Source: an uncultured Pseudomonadota bacterium (GTDB lineage: Bacteria > Oederibacteriota > Muellerivitia > Muellerivitales > Muellerivitaceae). Taken from it: DNA of 64,000 nt. The stretch lies in NCBI GenBank assembly GCA_963836235.1, contig CAWIIP010000002.1, forward strand, positions 128,001 to 192,000, written 5' to 3'. The notes beneath the pieces were generated by a model, which saw only the letters and a program-made list of their open reading frames with translations, made no database searches and had not been told where the DNA came from. The position numbers were made by a program, and so were the translations under genes. Shown in pieces: positions 43,691 through 54,330 of the stretch (positions are counted from its first letter, which is position 1; each line of letters opens with the position of its first letter).

Positions 43691-44227
43691 TTAATCGGTA
43701 AAGACCCCGTTGCCGTAGGTCACCGAAGACCAGGCTTGGGAACTAGGAAGGGTTTGGGTCGTCCAATTGATTCCATCCGGCGAGGTTGCCGCCACCGCGC
43801 TGTTTTGCGCGACCGCCACAAAGACACCGTTCCCAAAGGTCACCGAAACCCATTGTTGAGAACTGGGCAGGTTTTGGGCCGTCCAATTGACCCCGTCGGG
43901 CGATGTCGCGGCCACCGCGCTCGCCTTTGAAATCGCCACAAAAATTCCTTTCCCATAGGTCACCGAGCACCAGCTCTGGAGACCAGGGAGGGTCTGAAAG
44001 GTCCAGGACGACCCGGCCAGGGGGGTTGGAGTGGGCGAACAGGTGACGGTTGAGGTGGGGGTTCCGGTGGCCTGGTTCGTGGTGGTGGAGGTGGGGGTTG
44101 AAGTGGCGGTGGCGGAAGCCACCGGGGACGCCGAGGAAGGCGATAGGGGGGTGCTAAAAGGTTTGGTACAAGCCAGCGGTATGCCCAAAAGAACAGCGGC
44201 CAAAAAAACCAGGGTCCATAATTTCAT
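43691..44227 (-). pseudogene. Truncated lipoprotein with ~39-aa beta-propeller repeats
   Basis: Lipobox PLAC, Thr/Pro linker, repeats W.SVTYGNGVFVAV..AATSPDG.NWT; ends within the third repeat. Confidence 0.65.
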
Positions 44228-44483
44228 AGATCATCCCCTCCTCAATACTGAATTCGAAATATGGATTGAATAAAGCAATTTTGATTCCAGAAAAAGGCGT
44301 GGTTTTATTGTGGTTTTGTAAGGGAAAAGCCCGGAAAGAAGGAAGCCCCTTGGCGGAAGCCCGGCGCAAATTTGACGAATCCCTGCCCCCGGCAGGTTCT
44401 TTTTTGACTTGGGACCGGAATTTCCCGGAATTGCGGGGATGGATTATTAAACCCGCGGGTCGCGGTTCAAAGCGGAGTGGTAA

Positions 44484-47400
44484 TTACCGCAGGACCAGCA
44501 ATTTGAGGATATTCCGGCCCCGGTTGGTTTGCACCACCACATAGTAAAGGCCGTTGGCCAAGGGCGTTCCCCACTCATCGGCCAAAGGAATGGGCACGCT
44601 GACCCCCGGTTGGACATTGTAATAAGTTAAATCCGCTACCTTCCGGAAGGCGGTCGTGAAGATCTCGATGCTCACGTTCGATTCAAACGTCAACCCCGGA
44701 TTGAGCTGAGCCACTCCCCCCGTGGAAACGGGGTTGGGATAAAGCACTGGTTTGGCCGGAGGGGCCGGGGTCCGGGTAGCCGTGGCCGTCGGCGGTGGCG
44801 TTAAAGTTTTAGTGGCCGTTGGGGTGGCCGACGCACTGGGGGTATAAGTCGGCGTGGCGGCGGCGATGGTGACCGTGGCGCCTGGAACGGGCAATCCGGT
44901 AAAGAGAAGGGCCTGGCCGTTGCTTCCCGTGGCGTCCGTGGCGCTGAAGGAATAGTTCCCCGCCGGTGAAGAGGAGGAGAAGTTCGCGGTGACTTCGTAG
45001 GTCACTGCTCCATTGGCCCCCGGAATGGCGCTGTTGAAGCTGAGGGTGGCGTCCGGCCCGCTGAAGGCGGCGGTGGCGATAAGCGTTCCATTGGCTGATA
45101 AATTGATCGATGTGATCCCGGTGGGAGGGGTTCCCGTCTCGGAGAGGGTGATACTGGTGAGCGTCACCGGATTGCCGCTGGGATTGTTCACCTGGATCTG
45201 TTGGATGGGTACCCCGGAAGCCCCCGGAATTTGGATGGAGTTACCCGGCGGGCTCAACCCTTGCGAGGCCGAAACCGTCACCGGCGTGGGGCTGAAAGTG
45301 GGAGTCACCGACGCCGTTGAAGTGGCGGTTTGAGTTGGCGAAGCCGAAGGCGTAGCCGTGGCGGTAGCTGTGTTTGCCGGCGTTAGCGTCCGCGTGAGGG
45401 TAGGGGTCGCCGTAGTCGAAGCCGTGGCGGTGGAAGTGGGGGTCAAGGTACTGGTCCTGGTCGGGGTTCCGGTGTTGACCAGCGTCTCGGTAGCCGTGCC
45501 CGTAGGAGTACTTGACGGCGTAGCCGTCAATGTATTGGTCGGCGTAACCGTCGGCGTAGTGGTGGCCGTTGCCGTCGAGGTGCCGGTGGGGCTGTTGGTG
45601 GCCGTCCCGGTCGGGGTCAACGAAGAGGTGGTAGTTGGGCTGTTGCTGGCGGTATTCGTGGCCGTAACGGTGGCGGTTGAGGTCGGGGTTCCGGTGTTGA
45701 CCAGCGTCGCGGTAGCCGTGCCCGTAGGAGTACTTGACGGCGTAGCCGTCAATGTATTGGCCGGCGTAACCGTCGGCGTATGGGTGGCCGTTGCCGTCGA
45801 GGTGCCGGTGGGGCTGTTGGTGGCTGTCCCGGTCGGGGTCAATGGGGAGGTGGCAGTTGGGCTGTTGCTGGCGGTATTCGTGGTGGTTGCCGTGGCGGTA
45901 CGGGTTGCGGTGGATGTCGCGGTTAAAGTCGCCGTATTGGGCAGGGTAGTCGTGGGCGTAGGGCTAAGGGTTGGGGAGAAGGTGGAAGTAGGGCTGTTGC
46001 TGGGTGTGTTCGTGGCCGTTTTGGTGGCCGTGCCCGTAGGAGTACTTGATGGCGTAGCCGTCAATGTATTCGTCGCGGTGCTGGCAGCCGTATTCGTTGG
46101 GCTGTTCATCGGGGTATTCGTGGACGTTGGAGTGGGGGTCGAAGTCGATGTATTCGTGGGGCTGTTCGTTGCGGTCTTGGTGGGCGTATTGGTCACGGTG
46201 GGTGTGGCGGTATTCGTGGCCGTGGGGGTGGCCGTATGGCTGGGTGTGGCGGTGGGGGTATTCGTGGGAGTGTTGGTCCGGCTAAAGGTGGGGGTGCTGG
46301 AGGCGGTGCTGGTCGCCGTACTGGTGGGAGTGCTGGTTTTCGTGGGGGTAACCGTGGCCGTGGCGGTTTTTGTGGCGGTCGCCGTCGCGGTCGCGGTCGG
46401 CGTGGATGTTTTGGTGAAGGACGCCGTGGCGGTGGGGGTCGCCGTGGCGCCGCTGGAGGAGCAACCTGGATGGGTAAGTCCCTTCAGCCAGCCATAGACC
46501 TGTTGGCCTTCATAAGACGTCAGCACCCAGCCGCTGCCGGTGGAAACCGGGGCGGACAGAGTTGAGGACCAGGCCGAAAGCAGGAGAGGCGTCGCCGAGA
46601 TATCCATGTCCCAAGCCATGCCCCCATAGACGTAATTCTTGTCGTTTGTGCCGTTCATGAAGGTAATCACGCTGTTCACGAAAGTGCCGCCGTCGGTGGT
46701 ATTGGCCGAATTCCCGAATTCCTCGATGAACACCGGGCCGTAGGTGAGGGCCGTATCGATGTTGGACTCCCAACCCGCCGGGGTGTTGGTGCCCTTGTTG
46801 TTGTAGATATGGGCCGAGTAGACGATGCCGTTGCCTCCGGCCTTATCCACCACAGGACTCATGCCCACGTAATAATAGGAATACTGCTGGCCGCCGACGA
46901 TGCAGATGTTTTCGGCGTTGGTGCCGCTGGCCAGGGTGCTGCCGGCGCTGGCGGTAGTGCCCCGGATGGTGTTCACGATGGACTGAAGGCCGGGCGTGGT
47001 AAAGCCCTCGGAGGCCGTGCCTCCGTTTAACCAGACGGTCCAGGAAGTTGTGTAGGGCTCGTTGAAGGTGTCGAAGAGCACGGAGGGGTTGTTGGCGTAA
47101 CGGGCGGCGACGCTGGCCCAGAAAACCAGGCTGTTCTCATCAGGCATGGAGTATTGCCCGGTGGCCGAGCCCGTGGGCCCGTCGCCGGACCATTGCAGGT
47201 CCAGGTCGCAATAGATGTTGTTGGCGTTGCAGTAGGCCACGAGGGAGTCCACGAAGCTTTGGTATCCCGATTGGCTGGTGGAACCCCTGGAGCTTTGCGC
47301 GTTGCCATCCCACCAGTCCTGGTCCAGGGGGATGCGGACGCAATTGACATTCCAATATTTGACCGCCTCCTGCAGCATTGTCAGGACCCCATTGCCGCCG

Positions 47401-47597
47401 GCCGGATTGTCCCCTGGCGGTACGTCCCATTCCAAAGAATCCAGATTCACCCCGGTCAGGCGCACGGTGCAGCCGCCGCTGGCGGTGACGATTTCGTTTC
47501 CGGAAACCTTAAGCAGGGGAGGAGCGGCTTGCGCGGGAGTTGGACCGAAAAAAGTGGAACCCAAAAGCACAAAAAGCGAAAGAAAGAAAAAGTTCAT
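44484..47597 (-). CDS. Glycoside hydrolase family 5 with long Thr/Pro linker and T9SS-like CTD
   Basis: [25 protein letters not shown] (acid/base Glu), HIY, VFIEEFG (nucleophile Glu), C-terminal [21 protein letters not shown]. Start uncertain; the track start at 47756 lies inside the IS end. Confidence 0.9.
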   Translation of the reverse strand: MNFFFLSLFVLLGSTFFGPTPAQAAPPLLKVSGNEIVTASGGCTVRLTGVNLDSLEWDVPPGDNPAGGNGVLTMLQEAVKYWNVNCVRIPLDQDWWDGNAQSSRGSTSQSGYQSFVDSLVAYCNANNIYCDLDLQWSGDGPTGSATGQYSMPDENSLVFWASVAARYANNPSVLFDTFNEPYTTSWTVWLNGGTASEGFTTPGLQSIVNTIRGTTASAGSTLASGTNAENICIVGGQQYSYYYVGMSPVVDKAGGNGIVYSAHIYNNKGTNTPAGWESNIDTALTYGPVFIEEFGNSANTTDGGTFVNSVITFMNGTNDKNYVYGGMAWDMDISATPLLLSAWSSTLSAPVSTGSGWVLTSYEGQQVYGWLKGLTHPGCSSSGATATPTATASFTKTSTPTATATATATKTATATVTPTKTSTPTSTATSTASSTPTFSRTNTPTNTPTATPSHTATPTATNTATPTVTNTPTKTATNSPTNTSTSTPTPTSTNTPMNSPTNTAASTATNTLTATPSSTPTGTATKTATNTPSNSPTSTFSPTLSPTPTTTLPNTATLTATSTATRTATATTTNTASNSPTATSPLTPTGTATNSPTGTSTATATHTPTVTPANTLTATPSSTPTGTATATLVNTGTPTSTATVTATNTASNSPTTTSSLTPTGTATNSPTGTSTATATTTPTVTPTNTLTATPSSTPTGTATETLVNTGTPTRTSTLTPTSTATASTTATPTLTRTLTPANTATATATPSASPTQTATSTASVTPTFSPTPVTVSASQGLSPPGNSIQIPGASGVPIQQIQVNNPSGNPVTLTSITLSETGTPPTGITSINLSANGTLIATAAFSGPDATLSFNSAIPGANGAVTYEVTANFSSSSPAGNYSFSATDATGSNGQALLFTGLPVPGATVTIAAATPTYTPSASATPTATKTLTPPPTATATRTPAPPAKPVLYPNPVSTGGVAQLNPGLTFESNVSIEIFTTAFRKVADLTYYNVQPGVSVPIPLADEWGTPLANGLYYVVVQTNRGRNILKLLVLR
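45459..45882. repeat. Near-identical 222-bp tandem duplication within the GH5 linker
   Basis: The unit beginning GGTCGGGGTTCCGGTGTTGACCAGCGTC occurs at 45459 and 45681; a partial third copy lies near 46027. Confidence 0.85.
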
Positions 47598-47700
47598 TTC
47601 GCCCCGGGACGTTTTAAGCCGGGAACCAAAGAACGTTTTCGTTTTGAAAAATAAGTTTTGTGGAGACCTGTTCAAAGTGTCACCCGATACACTGGTTAAA

Positions 47701-48357
47701 CCGGAATTTCCCAGATGACCTTCTCTGAAAACATTGCCGGGTAATTTGTTTCTCATTATATCGCCCCCCCCCCCCCCGCTTCTTCCATCCGAATCCGGAA
47801 TTTTCCGTCCTGGGCCACTGAAATAAGCCCCAGGAAAAGGTTTCTGTGCCCAAAAAAGCTGAAATTGACCTTCTGGAAAGCCAATTCTCGTTGTGAGCGC
47901 ACACCTATCCTGCGGTAGTCGCTCGGGTTGAAGCCTTGATGCCTTCCTGCGGTTATCGCAGTACTGGCGCTCGCGGCCTTACCATTGCCAGTAGCCGTAT
48001 CCGATTGAGGATTTCAGCAAACAGGCGTCGGGAAACCATCACCTCCGCCATCTGGAAAATAACGTACCGCGAATGACGGATGACATTAGCCCCGATCTTG
48101 ATGAGTTTTTCCCTCAAGGTCGTTAGCGACCAATGTTTCACCAGTTCTGGCAGTGCCAGTCGGCGCAGGAAGTTGCCCAGATTGTAGGCCAGGGCGAATA
48201 GTTGTAAGCGCACTTGGTTGTCCGCGAAGTCGTGGCAGCTTAGTCTTGTCCACTTCATCGCATACTTTCCCTCTTTGATCCACTGCTCAGCCGTGCCTCT
48301 TCCGTTGTAGAATTTCACCACCTGGGGTGCCGGTCGTCGCATGTTCGTTACGAAGAA
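47701..48357 (-). mobile_element. IS1380-family remnant (3' part)
   Basis: Transposase C-terminal fragment plus a candidate right end CATCTGGGAAATTCCGG at about 47701-47717. Boundaries approximate. Confidence 0.75.
47953..48342 (-). pseudogene. IS1380 transposase C-terminal fragment
   Basis: (VTN)MRRPA..FYNGRGTAEQWIKEGK..RLSCHDFADNQVRLQLFALAYNL..LREKLIKIGA. Confidence 0.9.
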
Positions 48358-49276
48358 ATCCCATTAGTGTTGATTTACCTGTTCCTCTACCTCCGATAAT
48401 GGCATTTAACCAAGGGTTAAATTTTGCTGTTAGTGGTACTCCATTACCCATGTACTTAGCGCTTTTTACCTCAATTTGATCAATTATTATTGGACTGTGG
48501 ACATTTGGATCGTCCTGGGTATCTGTAGATCGTTTTATCGAATGAATACCATCAAACAAACCTAGCCGTAAACCCTCCAGACTTGGGTATGTCATTTTCA
48601 CCCACGTAAATCTTCGATTTATTTCCGAAGGTTTGTGAGAATCCGATCCAATAATTTCCGAGAGAACCCTTTTTGAAGAATGATCAGTAAATATTTGTGG
48701 TCTTTGGGAACCAATATCTTTAAATTCGACGGCCGTCAAACCTTTTGAACCTAGAGCCTGTTCTAATGCTTTCCCTGTAAGTTTAAAAAGACCTGCATGG
48801 GAATCATCGACATGCGCGGGAATTGGAATTCCACCTGCGGAAACGACTACTTCTACAACCTTTTCAAATGTTAGATCAGTAACGGCATCAGATTCACCAG
48901 CAGTTCCCTTATATCCAACCGCTCCTCTTAAAGCATCCAAATCGGCCGTTGTTTTGTTTGGGTCCAAAATAACCAATAAATGAATGCCGGGATTTACACT
49001 TATTTCCATTCCCGGGAATAAAACTAATGGTTTATAACCCACGGGCTTTTCTTGATCTAAAACTGCCAAGGCATTTTTTAAAGGATCAACCCAAGCTCCA
49101 GAATTGTGGTCTGTAATAACAACACCATCAAAGCCACCACGCATAAAATCAAGAATCCAATCTCTTGGGGAACGAGCTTTTAAACTTGGATCACCCTTTC
49201 CATAGTCAATGGAGGCGGGAGTATGCGTGTGAAAATCGAATTTCCACCAGCGAGAACCTGGGAATTCTAAACTCAT
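48287..49276 (-). pseudogene. PHP-domain/AAA-ATPase (TrlF/Ppl-like), truncated by the IS1380 remnant
   Basis: WWKFDFHTHTPAS, ITDHN, GMEIS, PAH, GSDSH, then Walker A GGRGTGKST followed immediately by IS-derived sequence. Confidence 0.85.
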
Positions 49277-51942
49277 TAAGACTCACCAAAAAGTCTGATT
49301 AATTGTTTAAATGATTCCGGTTTGTGTTCATCCCACGCTTCTTGCCGTATATATAACGGTTGGTAGGTTTTACCGCGTTCGGCTTTGGTAGCGTCTTCGC
49401 ACCATTGAATAAGACGGCCCCACTTTTCCGGGTCGTCCAAGTCTTCTCTACCCTTCGTCTCAATGATCCAAACGTTTTTCTGATCCTGTTTTACGATGAA
49501 ATCTGGGTAGTAGTTAGAAATGAACCCATCGGCGGTTCGGTATTCGATCTTGAAAAAGGTACTTTGGGAATTCTTAATGAACGAGATTATGTCGTCACAA
49601 TCGTCAAGGAAGAAAGCAAACTCAAGCTCAAGGTGGCTATCGCCGATGATCTTATTAAAAATTGATTTTTTAGGAATCAAATATTCCTGGTTTTTAACCA
49701 CAAAGGGGCGAGTCTTGCTCAATTTAATGTAATCCTTAACCTCGGTAGCCCCCTTGTCTTGGACAGTTAGATCATTAATGGCCTTTTTCAGCGTCTCCCT
49801 TAAGGTCTTATTTACTTCCGGTTCAGAAAGGTTCCTAAGAGTATTAAAGTCATCCAAGGGGACTTTTTGGCCAAAGAGGTACTTTTCAGTGAACTCCATT
49901 AGCTTTCCAAAAAGAATGTCTTTTCCGCCCACCAACCGAAGGTCTCGCATTATTGAGGTGGTAAAGTAGGAAATGGCGTTCTGAAAATTCGGCTCGGAAT
50001 CGGTGTCTAATTCGGTAACGTGGCTGATTTCATCCTTGTCGATATCCTTAAAGACGATCTGCCTTTTCTCTTCCTCGGTGTACTGCTTTAGGGAAACAGG
50101 TTTAAACTTTAGGTTCCCCACTTTGATGTCGTTTAAGTTCTTATATTCCCTATAAATCCTGGGCGCTAATACAGGCAGAACAATATCCAAGCTTTCTATG
50201 TCTTTTTTGGGATTTTCCCGATCTACTTCAATCACTAAAGGGGATCTAGGGTTTTTATCCCCCATAGGGGTGTACTCGAACTCAACACCTTCGATCTTGA
50301 TGGATTCCACAAATTCAATGAATTTAGAGGTCCCGATAACGCTTACTTTTTCTGATACGTCTTCACCCCGGAACATCCGCCTAAGGCCACGACCTAGCGT
50401 TTGTTCAGGTAATATTTTGGATTCGTATTGCCTTAACCCAACAATGGAAACAACGTTTTGCACATCCCACCCCTCTTTTAATACCATTACCGAAACGACT
50501 GCTTTATAGGGGCTTTCCATGCTGTCAATTTCTCTGCTGGCTTTACGAAGTATGTCCAAATCTTCTTTGTTTTTGTTGGTATTGCTTTCGGAGATTTCGC
50601 CGTTGTTTTTAGTATGAATAACCAACACCGCGTCTTTTAATTCTTTAAAAGTAGCTTCCAAATATTCGGCTACTTCATCGCAATTTTTGGTGTCATCGGT
50701 CATTATGAAAAGAACCGATTTCTTGTTAAGTTTGATCAATTCATCGTAAACCTTTTTCCATTCATAAACCCCAAGATGTAAATAATCCCGAAATTGTTCA
50801 CAGAATTTAGAACTTTTTCTCTCCTGTAATTTTGCCCTAGAAGCCTCATCAGGGAGAACGGGTGTTTTGACGACTTGTTGGCGAATGGCTTCCACAAGGG
50901 GATAATCGCTGATCGTTTGGACAAAGATCCCACCCCCTTCATGTTTTGGTGTGGCCGTAACGTCAAACTGGGCAGAAAGTTTCCCACCCTTTATCTTCAA
51001 TTTATTGGAAATTTCCTCGATAGCCTTAAACCCAGCTTGGGTATTGCTGTGAATATGATGGGCCTCGTCGTTGAGGATTACTAAATCGGAAACCTCTCGA
51101 ACGATCTTCCCTAAATCAGCTTGGGAATCGTTCGTTTTGCCGGTTGGTTTAGTCCCCAGAAAATAATCCTCTGTGTTTTCATCCTCTAAAGAAGGATTAG
51201 TCTCATTGAGGTGGATACGGTGGATATTGGTTAAGAAAATGTTCCCAGTATTGGAAATGTTCCCAATCTCGTCCTGAATATGTAGAGTCACTTGAAAATC
51301 ACTTCTCCAATCCTGGCCCTCGTAACCATTCTCCGGTAGAACAGGGTCCTCGTTGAATATCCTAAGACCATCAAAGTCCACCCGAAGCCGATCCAAAACG
51401 ATGATGTTCGGAGCCGTAATCAAAAAATTGGTGGAAAGATCAGAATCGGGCTCATATCGCTTGTGGAAGTAGGACCAGGCCACCAACAAACTCATTACCT
51501 TGGTTTTTCCTGCCCCGGTGGCGAGCTTCATGACGTAACGGGTCCAGGTCTCTTCAAACATCCCCTTGCTTACTTGTTCGGAAGAGTCGTAACGAAGCAA
51601 GGAATAAGGATCGTGCGCCTTTTCTATCTCATAAAGCCAAATAGCCGATTCGACTGCTTCTCTTTGGGCGAAGTAATATTGAAATTGACGGGGATCCCCA
51701 TTGGGACCCGGGACGAAATGTTCTGTGTTGAACCAATAATTCAGGAGGGTCCTGGTCGTATGGCACGCACCTTCATAACCCCGTTTTCGCCAACTTTTCA
51801 CACCTTCCCTAATCTTATGAACAAGAGGGGGTAAAAGAAGGGTAAAAGTATCGCCAAGGACAGTCTGTTCTCCTGGATACCAACGAATTGCAGGATCGAG
51901 AATGACATGGGGATCGCGAGGGAAATCAGGTGAAAGGGGCAT
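49276..51942 (-). CDS. res: Type III restriction enzyme Res subunit
   Basis: KLATGAGKT, NDEAHH, LKEGWDV, EQTLGRGLR, C-terminal YPDF..IETKG nuclease motif. Confidence 0.92.
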   Translation of the reverse strand: MPLSPDFPRDPHVILDPAIRWYPGEQTVLGDTFTLLLPPLVHKIREGVKSWRKRGYEGACHTTRTLLNYWFNTEHFVPGPNGDPRQFQYYFAQREAVESAIWLYEIEKAHDPYSLLRYDSSEQVSKGMFEETWTRYVMKLATGAGKTKVMSLLVAWSYFHKRYEPDSDLSTNFLITAPNIIVLDRLRVDFDGLRIFNEDPVLPENGYEGQDWRSDFQVTLHIQDEIGNISNTGNIFLTNIHRIHLNETNPSLEDENTEDYFLGTKPTGKTNDSQADLGKIVREVSDLVILNDEAHHIHSNTQAGFKAIEEISNKLKIKGGKLSAQFDVTATPKHEGGGIFVQTISDYPLVEAIRQQVVKTPVLPDEASRAKLQERKSSKFCEQFRDYLHLGVYEWKKVYDELIKLNKKSVLFIMTDDTKNCDEVAEYLEATFKELKDAVLVIHTKNNGEISESNTNKNKEDLDILRKASREIDSMESPYKAVVSVMVLKEGWDVQNVVSIVGLRQYESKILPEQTLGRGLRRMFRGEDVSEKVSVIGTSKFIEFVESIKIEGVEFEYTPMGDKNPRSPLVIEVDRENPKKDIESLDIVLPVLAPRIYREYKNLNDIKVGNLKFKPVSLKQYTEEEKRQIVFKDIDKDEISHVTELDTDSEPNFQNAISYFTTSIMRDLRLVGGKDILFGKLMEFTEKYLFGQKVPLDDFNTLRNLSEPEVNKTLRETLKKAINDLTVQDKGATEVKDYIKLSKTRPFVVKNQEYLIPKKSIFNKIIGDSHLELEFAFFLDDCDDIISFIKNSQSTFFKIEYRTADGFISNYYPDFIVKQDQKNVWIIETKGREDLDDPEKWGRLIQWCEDATKAERGKTYQPLYIRQEAWDEHKPESFKQLIRLFGES

Positions 51943-54125
51943 TAAACTTTCACCTCAACTACTTTGGTTGTGTCGTTTCCAAAAATGTCGATCACTTTGA
52001 CTGCAATTTTATATTTACCCTTAGAAGGATACTCGTACTCGGCGCTTTCCATCTCGAGGGAGCGATCTTTATCAGTGCGGAAAGTCTGCCATTGGTTCTC
52101 AAAAATAAACCCTCCGGTCCAAACATCTCTTTCTTTTCCCTTTTCGTCCACCTGCTTTATTATCTCCTTACGGCTCTCATAGTCGAAGTCCACGGCCCAA
52201 TAGTCGATCCAGTCTGTCCATTTCTTTGTGAGCACTTCCCTTTTTACAATGCCCTTTTTGTCCTTGGTGATCTTCACGACCTGGCCGTTCTCAACGGTTA
52301 CTTTAGAACCGCCTGGTTTAAGGGATTCGGAAACAGCTTCCACGTCATCCTGGGTGTAGAAAACACCAAAATTTTTGAGGACAACGGTGGCTTTCATCCC
52401 TTTTATTTTGGGCAACACCTCACCATAAGCCGCGTCAAAGAATTTAACCTGATTCTTTTCAACAGCACGGCGGTCAAAAACATCTTTAGGAATGTACTTC
52501 AGGGACAAGTTAATTCCGTGACGGTTAGCTTCATCTTTATAGGTTTCGATTAGGCCCATTTCAAATTCAAACCCAAGAACATCAACCTTTGTAAGCTTTA
52601 ACTTTTTACAGGACTCAATTATTTCCTGAACCTGGCTAATGGTAACAGGTGCATCCAAGGGGCCAACGAAAACAGCTACACCGCCTCTTTTACCATGAAA
52701 TGGAGCTAGCTGTTGAACACGCTCTCCTTTGTAAGCTTGCAAGATAAGCTTTAGATAATCCTCCTCCTTCTGAAGGGATTGTTTCTTTCGTTCCTTCTCT
52801 GGTAGGTTTGGGTTAATTCCTACAAAGTATTGACGTTCATATTTGCCTAAGTTGAGAATTTCAAAACTACGATAGGGTTTTGTATCCTTTTTTAGTTCTC
52901 GTTGTGCCCCTATAAGGCGTTTACGAGTCGTATGAATTGAGAAACGACCTAGGTCACACCCGATCCATTTGCGGCCAAGTTTTTCAGCAACTGAAAGAGT
53001 CGTCCCGGAACCACAAAAAAAATCAGCAACCAGATCAGTGTCATTTGAGGAGGCTTTAATAATTCGTTCTAGTAATGTTTCAGGTTTTTGGGTCGCATAA
53101 TTAGTTCTTTCCTCGGCCATTGAGTTAACTTCTGAAATATCAGTCCAAATATCACCCAATGATTCCCCTTTTTCTTCATCTAAATATCTTATTAATCTTT
53201 TATTCCCACTTGAGGTTACCCAAATTTTGTTTTGTTTTTCAAACTGTTTAATTGAATCTTCCGAATAATCTCCCAAATCACAATCACGAAATAATCTTCC
53301 TTTTTTATCAGGTCGAAATTTTGTTTTAATAAAATTTTCGTCGTAGGGTTTATAAGCACCGTTCCAAGTCCATTTCTCGGACTTGGAATAAAATAGTATA
53401 GAGTCAGAATTCCTAGCATATTGGCCAGATGTCGCTTTAGCTCCCCGGACTGGCTGCCTTCGCCATCTAATTTCATTTCGAAAATTTTCTAACCCAAATA
53501 ATTCCTGCATTACCAGACGAATTACACTATTCAACCTCCAATCACAATGAACGTAAATAGAGCCATCGTTTGCCAATAAATCCTTCATTAATTTTACCCG
53601 CTCGTACATCATTGATAAATATGAGTCGGCTCCTCTACCCCATGTGTCTCTATAGGCCACGTCTTCTATTACACTTGGCTCTTTTTCTAACAGTCCTTTG
53701 TCGCCAATCTCTAAGTTAATAGAAAAATCTGATCCAATATCAAAAGGAGGGTCGATGTAAATGAGTTTCAAACCACCCACTTCATCGATCTCTTGGCGCA
53801 AAGGCCCATTTTTTAGAGATGAAAGGACTAGTTTATTGTCACCCCAAATAAGTTTATTACTCCAACCACTAGCCTGACGGCCGCTTTGGAGATCTAAAGA
53901 AAAGAGATCCGCCACCTGGCCAGTTTTTTCTGACCTTGGTTCGTCGATTTGTTCGATGACTTGGAACGGAAGAACTGCATTCGTGACTTCTTGGGACTTC
54001 CCTTGCCACACAAGCTCAACTTCAGGAGCATCGGCAAAGAGAGAAAGGCGGTATTTGGGTGGAAGAGGTTCTCCCCGGTCGACCATGGCTTTGATTTGTT
54101 CTTTTTCTTGATCGGAAAGGTACAC
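51942..54125 (-). CDS. mod: Type III R-M adenine methyltransferase Mod
   Basis: IYIDPPF, YATQKPE, DFFCGSGTT; coupled to res. Confidence 0.92.
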   Translation of the reverse strand: MYLSDQEKEQIKAMVDRGEPLPPKYRLSLFADAPEVELVWQGKSQEVTNAVLPFQVIEQIDEPRSEKTGQVADLFSLDLQSGRQASGWSNKLIWGDNKLVLSSLKNGPLRQEIDEVGGLKLIYIDPPFDIGSDFSINLEIGDKGLLEKEPSVIEDVAYRDTWGRGADSYLSMMYERVKLMKDLLANDGSIYVHCDWRLNSVIRLVMQELFGLENFRNEIRWRRQPVRGAKATSGQYARNSDSILFYSKSEKWTWNGAYKPYDENFIKTKFRPDKKGRLFRDCDLGDYSEDSIKQFEKQNKIWVTSSGNKRLIRYLDEEKGESLGDIWTDISEVNSMAEERTNYATQKPETLLERIIKASSNDTDLVADFFCGSGTTLSVAEKLGRKWIGCDLGRFSIHTTRKRLIGAQRELKKDTKPYRSFEILNLGKYERQYFVGINPNLPEKERKKQSLQKEEDYLKLILQAYKGERVQQLAPFHGKRGGVAVFVGPLDAPVTISQVQEIIESCKKLKLTKVDVLGFEFEMGLIETYKDEANRHGINLSLKYIPKDVFDRRAVEKNQVKFFDAAYGEVLPKIKGMKATVVLKNFGVFYTQDDVEAVSESLKPGGSKVTVENGQVVKITKDKKGIVKREVLTKKWTDWIDYWAVDFDYESRKEIIKQVDEKGKERDVWTGGFIFENQWQTFRTDKDRSLEMESAEYEYPSKGKYKIAVKVIDIFGNDTTKVVEVKV

Positions 54126-54142
54126 GAAAACTCCTCAGAGGG

Positions 54143-54318
54143 TTATTTCTTCTTGTAAACGTTCAGCCCAATTTTCTCGTCCCGTTCAGGGACGGAGATG
54201 TTCCCCTCTTTGGAAGCAACAATGGTTGTCTTTCCGGAAGAAGAAGGCCCAAACTCCTTGGACAAGTCCACCTTAATAGTGAGGATGTTCCCTCAACTTT
54301 TATTTCGACGTTTTTCAT
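54143..54318 (-). pseudogene. Small conserved hypothetical gene with a 1-nt frameshift
   Basis: MKNVEIKVE, then a missing base, then NILTIKVDLSKEFGPSSSGKTTIVASKEGNISVPERDEKIGLNVYKKK; AGAGG RBS. Confidence 0.7.
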
Positions 54319-54330
54319 TTTTACCCTCTT

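Noticed and set aside
45358-46497. 379-aa Val/Ala/Gly-rich plus-strand ORF
   Set aside because: Antisense of the GH5 Thr/Pro linker.
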